64,000 nt of DNA from positions 14,942,001 through 15,006,000 of the forward strand of contig CM102290.1 of the NCBI GenBank assembly GCA_046563655.1. Reading direction: 5' to 3'. How positions within the stretch are numbered: the first letter of the stretch is position 1; every line of letters begins with the position of its first letter. Shown piece after piece: positions 53,601-64,000 of this stretch. Position numbers and translations under genes: made by a program. Under the pieces are notes generated by a model. The model did not search any database, was not told the origin of the DNA, and was given only the letters and a program-made list of their open reading frames with translations. This DNA comes from Yuukianura sp. NJ FZ-2021 (Eukaryota).

Positions 53601-56600
53601 TGACAATTATTTATTTGAGGGTAAACAAATTAGGAGTTTGGCTTGTAGGAATTGTAGTTTCGCAACAAAAACTTTTGTCACCGTCCAAAAAATAAAAGTC
53701 AAAAGCTAATTATGCATTTCACTCCCATTTTCAGAATTCAGCAATTTTCATGCTTTTCAAAAAAAAAAAGTTTGACTGCCCACAATTATTGTGACCAGCT
53801 TCGTGCTTTTTGCCTAAAAAAAAACTCAACATGCGCATGAATAAATTCTGTAATTAAAAGGCCAAAAACTTTAAAAAAAGAAAACAAAAACATCCGTCAT
53901 ACCTTTGATTCCGCAGTTCAGAAAAAAACAACAACAACAGATGAAAACGCTTTCAAAATTCTGCTCATGTTTTGTATAATCCATGCAGAAAACAGAAAAA
54001 AATTTCAACTCGTTTCCACTAAAAAAAAATTAGAAAGTGAAAAAAGCTTCCGAACTTTTCAAATTCGTGGAAATCCTACGCAGAAGAAATTGAAAGTTTG
54101 TTTTTCTCCTCACTGGAGAAACTAACTCCCACAAAATTAGATTTTCTAGACCGGAACGCAGCAAATTTTTGACGAGCATTATTTTTTGCATCTTCTGCTT
54201 TACCAGCAGAACTCAACTTTGACATTTGAAATTTTTCGGTTTGGCTTTTAAAAACTTCCGCTTTGTGAGGAGCTGGCCTTTTTGTTTTGCGTTTTGAGCA
54301 ATTTGTGAAACATTAGTTTTTTGTAATTACTCGGAAGCTGAAATGTGTCATGTACTCAATAATTCATGTGGCACCGTGTGAATAAATGAAGTAGAGCAGG
54401 AGTGGGCATGGACGTGACATCGGAGCGATTCAGCGATCATCGCTGCTCAGTTACGACCTGGATCAATCCAACCCCAAACTGGATCTTACCCACTTCTCAT
54501 CTCACGTCATTTCGAAAAAAAACTCAAAAGTTGTGCAAAAAGTGAAGTTACCTTTTTAGAAAATTGGAATCAGAACTAGTTTGTGGAAGAAACTTTGTTA
54601 CTTTATTAGAGCAAATTTTTGTAGGTTGAAAGATTCTGAGTCCAACTTGAATTTAGTTTTTTGCTCCCAAGTTACATGGAAAAAGCCACATTAGATATTT
54701 AATTCCGAAGAGTTGAAATCATATTCCACGAAATGCAAAAGTTTAACAAACCTTTTGACACCTTCTAGCATGAAAATGTCAAGTACTTCACGCCTAACTC
54801 ACCCCACATACAAATTTGCACCACCCTCAATCTAAATTGGAACTTCCAATAAATTCAAAGTCACCTAGCAACCTCGATTCGGTTCAAATTTCCTATTCTA
54901 CCCAAAGTTTCCAACTTTGTCGCTCTGTTAACCACAATTCACAAATTTACACACTTCATTTTCCCAACACAAAGACAACAAAGTTCATTTGAGCACAATC
55001 ATGCTTCAGCAGCAAAAACAAAATGAAACAAAATCAGAGTCTTAAGTAGGACGCTGATTCAGCAATTATCACCAACTGAGAAAAAATCAACAAATCCATC
55101 CTAACACCAAGTCGAAAAAAAAATTAACAAATCGACACTAACACGACGCTGAAAAAAATCGACACAAAAACGACACGACAAAGGCGTAACGTCGGAGCAA
55201 AAACGTTTTCCAAATGACGTCATCAGACACCCCCTCAAACTTTGTCGTCTTTTGTCACAGTTCTCATTCCATATTTCACATCACATGTTTAATATTTGAC
55301 ATTACATATTAATTTGGATGTGTAAATATTTATCCTATTCCACTAAGGAAGACAAAGGATGTAGAGTTGTAGTCGTGCCTTGGAATAATTAAAAGCCTAA
55401 TCTTAGTTTCCTGGCACAATCTGGTCACTGTCTGCCTAAATCCAGATACTTTACCACAATCCACATCTCCAAATACGAAACATGAGCAGAAAAAAAACAA
55501 GGAATGACCCACTTCCAGCCTTCGATTAATAATCGACCATTTACAATACAACCCAATTAAGCCACAACAATTCACGACACACAATTTCATCTCCCAACAG
55601 CACCCATAAAGTCAAACTAAAAAAACTAAACCAAAGTTAACATTGTTTTTTTTTAAAGAAACAGTCGGCTCATGCGTTACAAAATATTTGTTTCTACATT
55701 TTTTGAATTTAGAAAAATCCGTTTTTTTTAAATGACCCTTTGCCTAAAGTCATCCAAACAAAAAAGAGAAATTCACAAAAAATAATATTAAAATCTTGAA
55801 ATATAATAATAAAATAAGTTTAATATTTAAAATGTTGGTATTTCCCAAGCGAATTTCCACTCCCAGCTCCATCCCTGCCAGAAATTGATGTTTTTAGAAG
55901 ACTGATTGACACAAAAATGTAACAATTCCAAAAACTACACAGAATCCAACGCAGAGAATCCCTTGATCCTACAAAGTCTATTAATTATCCGGTTGAATCG
56001 CAAGAGCAAAATGAGAGATGTTCACACACTCCTCCGCACCTTCAAAAATCAATTCCCGAATTTGAAAATTTGGAGTGCACAAGGTCCACTGCCCTCCATT
56101 TCTGTCCAACTCCATTCATTCCCACCACTTTTCAAAAACAACCGCACCCTCTCCTCCAAATGTCGAAAATTGGCATTCAACTCCAACCAAAGTGGTCCAC
56201 CCTCACTCCAAATTTGGACATTCAAAACAAGGAACTCCAACCAAATTCAAATTTTAAAAACAGCACAAATCCTCATTCCACAAATCCAAAAAGGCCACTT
56301 CTAATTTCATAACATTTCAAAAATCAATACAAAAATTCAATTAATTTTGAACACTTCTTACGTCTTCAAAATTTCAAAACCAGCAGGCACCTCAAACACG
56401 CTTACAGTCAAAATTTGAATTTCGACCTGCAAACAAATCTGTTCAAAAGAAACTGAGCTCCGCCTCCACCTCGTGGTCATTTCTAAAATACCGGGCGTGT
56501 TCAAACAACTTCCATTTTTTAAAAACTGTAATTTGTCAAAATTCAAAATTCAAAAAAACATGATTACTTTTCACATGAACTTCAACTACCCTCCACACTT

Positions 56601-59600
56601 GAAGTTCGGTGTGAAAACTTAACCTGGAAAAAACACGTTTCTACAATTTTTCATTTTTTTTCATTTTTGTTTGAAAAAGTGCACTTAAAACTCCATTTCT
56701 GATAAAGTTGGCTTAATTTTACGATTCCGCTCAACCGGTTATTGACTCTTTGGCAGACAAACGTAAAAAGTACAACGTATATTTTCATTTTTTACTCACA
56801 AATTTTTTGTAAGCTTACAAAACCAAGGAAAAAGCACAGCACATGTCACAGTAAGTCGGTTCTTGAACTTCAAAAAAAAAACCGAAAAAACAGAATTACC
56901 GGAAAGATCAGATTCCGTCTTTCGCACATTTTAGTTTTTGGCATAATCCTCTTATCCTCTTGAAACGCTTCCGCCTCCAATTTAAACAAAATCCGCCAAA
57001 AAAATACGTAATTTATTAAACACGTAAACAAGCATCAGCACCGAAATATCACAATTTTTTACTAGGAATTTTGAGTTTTAGCTTTTTTTTAGTTGGAATT
57101 TTGAATATTGACTTTTAAGTTTTACCTTACTAAATCAATTAAATCATAGACTGACTGATGCTGCCTGTTTCAAGCGTCAAAAGTGTTTTGTATTTTGTTA
57201 ACTAAAAAGTGGATTAGTCCTACTGCTACTTTAAGTTTAACGAGAGAAAAATAGACGTTTGAAGTTGACATTGCTTAAACCATGGAGACACAAGTAGGAT
57301 TCATGTGCCAAAAAACGTACAAAATCCATTTGTAACTCCATCCATGTCTACACAAAGCAAACGACGCGTTCAAGAAAACTAAAAGTTAAAAGTCATTTCC
57401 ATTTCGTACCATTGCCATGTACAGAAGTTCTAGAAATGACACACAGTCAACATTCGACGTCCGAGTAGCGTCACAAATTTAAAAAAAAAGTCTACTTTTA
57501 AGCCTTTAAACTTTTTAAAAAAGTAAACGTTTAGCTTCGTTTGTTGCATAATTTTTGCAAACAATTTTCATTCCCGCTCCCCTTTCAACTCAAAATTTTG
57601 CATTTTGCATAGCATTTAAAAATTAATTGGATAGATTTTGAACAAATTCTCTCTTTCTTTTTTAAATTAAGCTCGGCTAAACGAATTTTCAATAAAACAA
57701 ACGAAAATAAGGAAAACACAAGCATTTTGAAAACATTTCAAAGTAAAAATTTGTGAAAATGTTGTATAAAACATTGAAGAAAGTTGTTGGAGCATGAAGG
57801 TTGCGGCGGTTGAAACCGAATGCCAACTTGGCATCTCCCTTCAAAATTTAGGAAAGCAGCATAAATGCTGTTCGTGTTTTAGAAAATACAAATAAGGCTG
57901 TGGTCGGCTATTCTTCATACTCCCTACTTGGGACATCCAAGGTCGCGATTCTTGCACAAGTTCCACTGCGACACAACTGCGCACATCCAATTCTCACTTT
58001 CATACCAAAATCATCCAATTTCTGCGCATACCAACCACGACTTCTAAACACAACCACAAAATTCCCTTCGCACCAAGGAGAAGACACACATTTTCAAAAT
58101 TTCAAGCATTGCGAAAATCTAACAAATTTTAGCCAAAAACAACATTTTCTTTGTTTTCTTGTTAAAAAAGTCCAATAAAATGGAAAACGTCTCGAGTTGT
58201 AAAAATCCAAAGATAAATCCAGAAACTAGAAAGTTCCGGTGCGCAGGAGCGGTTAATTTTTTAAAATTGTAATCCAAAGTTAAGGACAATTGGAATAACT
58301 AACCGCAACTACCGCCAAAAATTGATCATTTTAAAAATCCTAACCACTTTCTTGTGCAAAATAATTGTGCAAATATTTTTTTTAATCTTTTTCATAAGTC
58401 CAAACCTTAACTTTTACTCATCCTCCCTCCAAACAATACTCAACTGCGGTTAACCAACAAACTAAAATTCAACATAGTCCAGTCAACTACTGATTACACT
58501 TTTATACATGTCCAAATACACGCTTCTACTTGTTCACTTATGCAAAAATACATGTACATACGTATACACGTGTATATTCCCTTGAACAGTTTCACATATT
58601 AATCATTTTCATAAATTTTCCTCCACCATTCCTCTATGATTAGGCCAAAATATAATTACACACTTCACAAATAATGTCCTCTTGCCTTTCACGCCAAACA
58701 AACCCATACACAAAACTTCATTTCAGCTTCTTTCAGTTAATCAAAACTAATTTTCAAAAAAAATGAAGAACTTATTGAAAAGTGTTTTTAAAAAATTCAT
58801 GGTTTCGATGATAGGCAAGACAGAAAACACGAATTCCGCCAATATTCAATTTTCTCCTGTCTAGTTTTTTCATGTTCCAAAAAGTTTCCAGGAATTTCGT
58901 CAACGCAAACAACCCTGACCTTACATGAAGGTTTAAAAATATTTCCTTGTGTAAATTCATACATGTTGAAATTGTAACTGTAGAGATGTGATGAGGTGAT
59001 GTGAACTGCGTCTCACTTTGAGTGTCCACTGGACCTTAAGATTAAGCCACAACTCCAATTTACTCAAGTGACGCCATTGGAGGGTGACGAAACAGGAGCT
59101 ACGCAGATCACATAACTTCTGCATCGTATGATCTCCCACAAAACATTAAAAAGTACACACAAAATTAAAAAGTAGGGAAAAAATTGGTGATCTCGTGCAA
59201 GAGGAGTTTCCCCTTGATCACAACAAGTCATTTTTTGTGTACCCCCAACAAAACACAGCCACCGCTGACCAATTTTGTGTGAATGACCAGAACACATGAT
59301 GAAATGGAGATCCAGAATGCAATCCTGTCACTGGTCACCTTGTTTCATTTGCTTAGTCATCGGAGGAACTGCTCACAATGAGAATACTGCACAGAGGAAC
59401 CGTTTCAATCAACCGTTAAACATAAACCCAACAACATCAATGACCTCTAACAACAAAAATCTCAACAATCTTTGACACCTCCAACCAAAAACAAATTAGC
59501 ACCACTTACTCCACTCAACGAAAAAAAAACTGTTTTGTACCAGGAATCCACACAAAAAAAAACGTTTTTGTCCATTAATTTTCAAACCTAACCATGTACT

Positions 59601-62600
59601 AGAAATCGTTTCGTGAGAAATGAGACGTGAACCAAAAATCGTTTCGTTTTGAGAAGCAGAAAAGACTTGCGTATAAAAAATCGTTTTGATTTTTGTACCA
59701 GACATAAATTGTTTTACCGAAAATCGGATTCTACTGTAGACCCGCAAACTCACTTCGCAATTTCCGTATGCATTAATTTCAAAACGAAGACTCATGTACC
59801 AAAAATTTGTCTACGTAGCAGACTCGTGTACCAAAAAATTTGCTTAGGATTTTGGTTGTGTAACTAAAAGGAAGTTGTGCTTACCAAACAAGATTGATGA
59901 CAAACATTCTGTTGAGCTCGAAATATTTCATTGGACCTTATTCCTCCTCCGATCACACTACTTTTTAACACACTTGCAAAAAAATACTTCAAAATTTAAA
60001 ATTTCCTCCCTCGCGTCCACACTACGCCGAATCCAAAATCCAGTTTCAACGTCGTGAAAACTGGACTTGATACAAAAATCCACACATTTGACACTACTCA
60101 AAATCCAAATCCACACATTTGACACTACTCAAAATCCAAATGGAAAGGGAACGTCCTGAGGTGGTGTGATGGACGCTAAAAGAGGGCAATGCTTCATGAC
60201 TTTCGGTTGTTCCGGTGTTTCCTTTTCCCTATTCTCTCGGAAACAATAACTCTGAATCACTTCAACCAAAAAACTCTTTTCAACTTGGCAAAAACTCTCA
60301 AGTATTTTTGCACACAAACTTTCCACTACACAGCCTCTACTTCGGTTGGGCCGCCACAGCGGTTAATGACTAAAAAGTTCAACGGTAACTCCAAACTTGT
60401 TCCTCCACAAAAGCGACAACAAAAGCCTCTTGTGCTCAACGACAGACGGAGGATTGACAGGAACGCAACCTCAAACTCTCTTCTAAAACTAAACAATGTT
60501 CAGTTCAAAAAAAGTTAGTGCTTGCTCTTTTTGCTAAAAGTTGAATGAAGCACGAAGTTCCTTTCCCTACAAAAGCCACAAGACACTGCAAACTGAGAAG
60601 TTGGAGCATAGCCTATACTCTTCCTCCCTCCCTTCCTATCTTCCAACTTTTGGCCAACGAACAGTGAGTGCCAAATCCAACTTAAATGTTGGGACACAAT
60701 TGAAAAGCATACCATTTTATATAACATTTCCTCCCTTCTTAATCAACTCCAATCACCACGACCTGGCCACTTCAAACTCTTTCCAAACTTACGACATTTC
60801 ATCACTCCATTTACAAAACAACAAACAGTATTTTAAACAAAGTTACACGCATTCTACGTCACATTTTTACATATTTTGGACAAATTGGATGAAATTTATA
60901 GAGAAAGAAACATTTACTTTTCCAAACGAGAATCCCAATCCAACTGATTTCCTAAAAACCATTTTCTAAAAACGAGAAAACAATCAACACTTTTCATTTT
61001 TTTTTCAGTTGAGTAGAAAAAAATTTGCGGTAACGATTGTTATGAAACATTTGGCTCACGATATTACGTTTTGTAAGAGAATTTTGAAACGTGAGAGAAA
61101 AAAATTGCTAAAAAAAAAAGTAGGTTAGGTTTAGCTAATCCTTACTTTTCTCTTTCAATTCTAAACGCTTTTTGGAAACTTTCTCCCATTTGGAGAGCAA
61201 AAGGATTTAAGAAGGAAAGCGATAAGCAGCAATCAGACTTACGAAGAAAAAAAATACAGAGGCTTTCGTCCCGCCAACTACCCGGTTAGGAAGTTACTGG
61301 AACATTCCGCACGGACAAGTATGAACCGCCGGATTAAACTCAAAATTTAAAATCACATTTCATCTCCTTCGACGTAATGTTATTAGTCCAAGAAACTTGT
61401 ATGCCGCAATGTTTATGTATTTTATGTAATTTATGTAAGGCAGGATTATATTTATGATCTGTACGTTATGTAAGACGAGTTATTCTTATGAATGTATGCT
61501 GTGTTTATGCTAGTCATGTACGATCAATTATGTAAGGTCAGGTTATGTTTTCGAATCCGTCCAAGGAGGTCCTAAAACTGCGTAGCACAGGTTTATCTCT
61601 GGCAGTTTTAGGATGAAACCGAAGAGTGAATCCTCACCGCCGTTTCCTTTGATTTAAGGTCAAGGAATCCATTTGTGGAGAAACTAAAGCTTAGCCCTAA
61701 CCTAATCCTAAACGGTTAACCTTAACCAAAGGTCAAAGGATGAGCCAATCTTTCTCTTCTTTCTCTTTGTAAGCCCAAATCTTCTCGGTAATAAAAGAAC
61801 CCATGCACTTTTACGTCAAATTTCCCAATGAAATGAAAGTTGAAAGAGAAAGTTCAAACAGAAACAACCCGGATTTTTAGACTTACATTTCTACAGTCCC
61901 TGTTTTTGCCAGTGGGGAACGCAAAAATAACAATGTAGAGTGGATCCAGCCAAAAACCAAAAACAGCGCAACCACACAAAAATCAAAATATTTTGGCACA
62001 GACGCAATTTTAACAGAAAAAGTTCAATTGTTCATTTCCAAAAATTCAAACTGACTTTAGCCTTAACATAATCAATAAGCCCAACAAACACAACTTCACT
62101 TTACTTTTTTCCCAACTCAATTCTCGCGTGCAAATTCCTCAAATTACGGAAACCGTAAATAAAAAAAAATCTCCAAAACGTTTTCTTGCGTTTTAGCAAA
62201 AATTGGAAACTCAGGGTCGAAGTTTCCATATTTTTCATATTCGCCATTTCTCATGTGATCCAACCAAAAAGTAGAGACTCTTGCACAAAAATTTGTCAAT
62301 TTTCATTAAACTAATTGCTAAATTAATTGAGGGTTTCGACATGAAACAGTAATGGAATTGAATTCCAGGGATTTCATAACATCCTAATCCAACTAACAAA
62401 AACTTTCACTCTCGCACCAGAGTGAGCAGCACTTTGGCTTCTAACTTCAAAAAACTTCCAAAATCCGAAATCCCAAATTCATTTTTATGGTATACTTTCA
62501 AAAGTTGTTCAATCGAAAACTTTAAACACAACATACACGACGATCCAAAAGTTGTAACGGATAGCATTAACTTTTACGTTTCTCAAAATCACTTTTCCCA

Positions 62601-63823
62601 GTTTTACTGGATCAAACTGATCAAAGTCAAAAACGTTGAAATATTTGTGCTTTTATGTTTCATTATGTTTGACATAAGTAAAGTTTATGTTTGATGTAAG
62701 TTGTATGCACGACATAAATTTCTAAAAAGTGGTTCCCACGAGATTGTCGTTCGTGTGATTTTGTGACTCACATGACCAAAGTGTAGTGGTTTGTCAGGAT
62801 GCTGATTTGAAATGTAACAGTTAAGTATTTTTTAAGTTTCTTTAATTACTTCTTGTAATGAAAACCATTCGTGAGAAAAATAATAAAAAGAAAAGGTTAT
62901 TGTTCCTTTGTAAAACTTTTTTGTCATTGTTCGTGATTTGAACTAAGAAGTTGGAGTGGAAAAGAAGTGGGACAAAGAATAGTTTCAGATCAAATCCATC
63001 GCCACTTCCGTTCTCTTGTGTTGGAAATATTACATTTTGAGCCTGCCTTCAACCTAGATCGATTTAAAATCGGCTGTTCCCATAGTCAATCCACACCACA
63101 CGACCTTCACCACATTTTTCAAAGCCCCAATTTTTCAAAAAACTTCCATAGCTCAACTTTCCCCTTGGAATGAAACGGAAAAGGAATTATATGGAAGTTC
63201 CTCCCAACTTGGAAGTTTGAAGTATGCTGAAGTTCTGGTGCTGGAGTGACATTCCACTGTCATGTGACACAAATTTAGTTGGGTATTGATTAATCAATAA
63301 CACCCGATAAATATGGAAGAGCGAATGACAAGCACCGCACTTTCACCGCATTGTTACCACCATTTCATCCACTTTGGACCAACCTTTGTCAAATGTCGTC
63401 AATTTGACCTTTGGAGTAACCGAATGTGGTGACCTTAAGGTAAGAGCGAAGATGGTGTGCTTCAAGGTTCCTTGACAACCAAATTATATTTCCTACAAGA
63501 GGTTATCCAATAGCTCAGGGTTTCCCAAAATATTTCTCCACCAATTTTGTTTATGCTTCTTCCTAACCCACCCCAAATTTTTTTTCCAAACTTTGAACAC
63601 GAAATCGCATAGGAATAAGAAAAAAAAAGTTAAAAATTGTTATAGAAATGGAGCTCCAGTTTAACGTGTTTCATTTTTTAAATTCTGGGAAAAAATTGAA
63701 AAAAAAACCCGAGTTATTGGACAGCCTGGTGCAGAAAAAGTTTTTTTCTTCTGTTTACGAACCTTGGTGTGCTTAGTGGTTACCCCAAAAAGCATAAAAG
63801 TGAATATGGTGTGCTTACCCCAT
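41679..63823 (-). CDS. Mob2: MOB kinase activator 2 (Mob2), isoform using the distal first exon (about 303 aa from ATG 63823; about 307 aa if GTG 63835 is used)
   Basis: Shared exons complement(42745-42926, 42582-42678, 42321-42445, 42049-42254, 41679-41975) read KARRKEKD...LDENEWMASHTISLFEHVNLIYGTISEFCT...YLWFDEKGKKVKVAAPQYVDYVMTFIQK...FPTK...LMFHVIAHIYHCHF...LHAHLNCVFAHF. The distal exon GTG GAC TGG TTT ATG GG|gtaagc (63835-63819) is phase 2 and gives (V/M)DWFMGKARRK. The shared exons are near-certain; the distal first exon is likely. Confidence 0.9.
43870..44318 (-). CDS. Mob2: Candidate alternative first coding exon of Mob2 (MSGILKLCFQVFGGCCRGKG...LNSLVCAPW)
   Basis: 449-nt open frame from ATG 44318 ending CCC TG|gtcagt, phase 2, compatible with the acceptor at 42926. 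It is GC-richer than the surrounding intron. Confidence 0.6.
49572..49819 (-). CDS. Mob2: Candidate alternative first coding exon of Mob2 (MNSKLTCFAVG...MVKRIYFAIPWPW)
   Basis: 248-nt open frame from ATG 49819 ending CCG TG|gtgagt (strong donor), phase 2. Internal in-frame ATGs make the start uncertain. Confidence 0.65.
51658..51767 (-). CDS. Mob2: Candidate alternative first coding exon of Mob2 (MALVAGPPLLQSLYRNVSTFISGAAAGITAAARLGNR)
   Basis: 110-nt open frame from ATG 51767 (gtgATGG context) ending AAT AG|gtgagc, phase 2. It is a GC-rich island in an AT-rich intron. Confidence 0.65.
52970..53030. repeat. About 21-bp tandem repeat (CACATTTACGAAAYGTAAAT), about 3 copies
   Basis: Read directly from the sequence. 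Confidence 0.75.
53168..53295. repeat. 31-bp minisatellite, 4 copies
   Basis: Unit TTCGTAAATTGCACTACATTGTAAATGGCAT, in register at 53171, 53202, 53233 and 53264. Confidence 0.92.
60076..60141. repeat. About 30-bp tandem duplication
   Basis: AAATCCACACATTTGACACTACTCAAA occurs twice head to tail. Confidence 0.85.
63463..63766. mobile_element. CAAGGTT-ended MITE, subfamily B, in the Mob2 first intron
   Basis: Ends CAAGGTTC / GAACCTTG with a perfect TSD GTGTGCTT (63455-63462, 63767-63774). Confidence 0.92.
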
Positions 63824-64000
63824 AAACCAGTCCACGGTGTCCCGAAGGTACTCTGGTAACCTATCCAGCTTGCCTGATTTTGTCTACGACTGTCCCGAGT
63901 TCCACTAAATAGTTTGGGTGTGCTGTCGGTGTGCCTTGGTGGCTGTCACTCTGAGGAACTTCGGATGTTAATAAGATGAGTTCCGTCGTTCAAGTGTTGA

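Overview
AT-rich eukaryotic genomic DNA with short GT-AG introns. It is an animal, most likely an arthropod/hexapod; the species is not determined. Four spliced protein-coding genes can be assembled by hand with consistent intron phases: (1) an otopetrin proton channel on - (9 exons, 10406-19213, about 785 aa); (2) kibra/WWC on + (16 exons, 25267-37523, about 1325 aa); (3) a compact Cys-rich SAXO/FAM154-like microtubule-binding repeat protein on + (2 exons, 40291-41110, 249 aa); (4) Mob2 on - (5 shared exons 41679-42926, a distal first exon near 63819-63835, and several candidate alternative first exons inside the ~21 kb first intron). Non-coding features: one tRNA-Arg(ACG), two tRNA-derived Pol III-type elements, a family of CAAGGTT...AACCTTG MITEs with 8-bp TSDs, two CAGTG-ended hAT-like MITEs, a 389-bp tandem repeat and several minisatellites. 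The most interesting observations are a probable GUG start for Mob2 in perfect Kozak context, matching the vertebrate MDWLMG N-terminus, and the array of phase-compatible alternative Mob2 N-termini. Also notable are a 69-nt intron built from AGGTCA nuclear-receptor half-sites and a Scalloped/TEAD site cluster in a kibra intron. Positions 1-9700 contain no gene I can name. All calls are by eye, with no database search.
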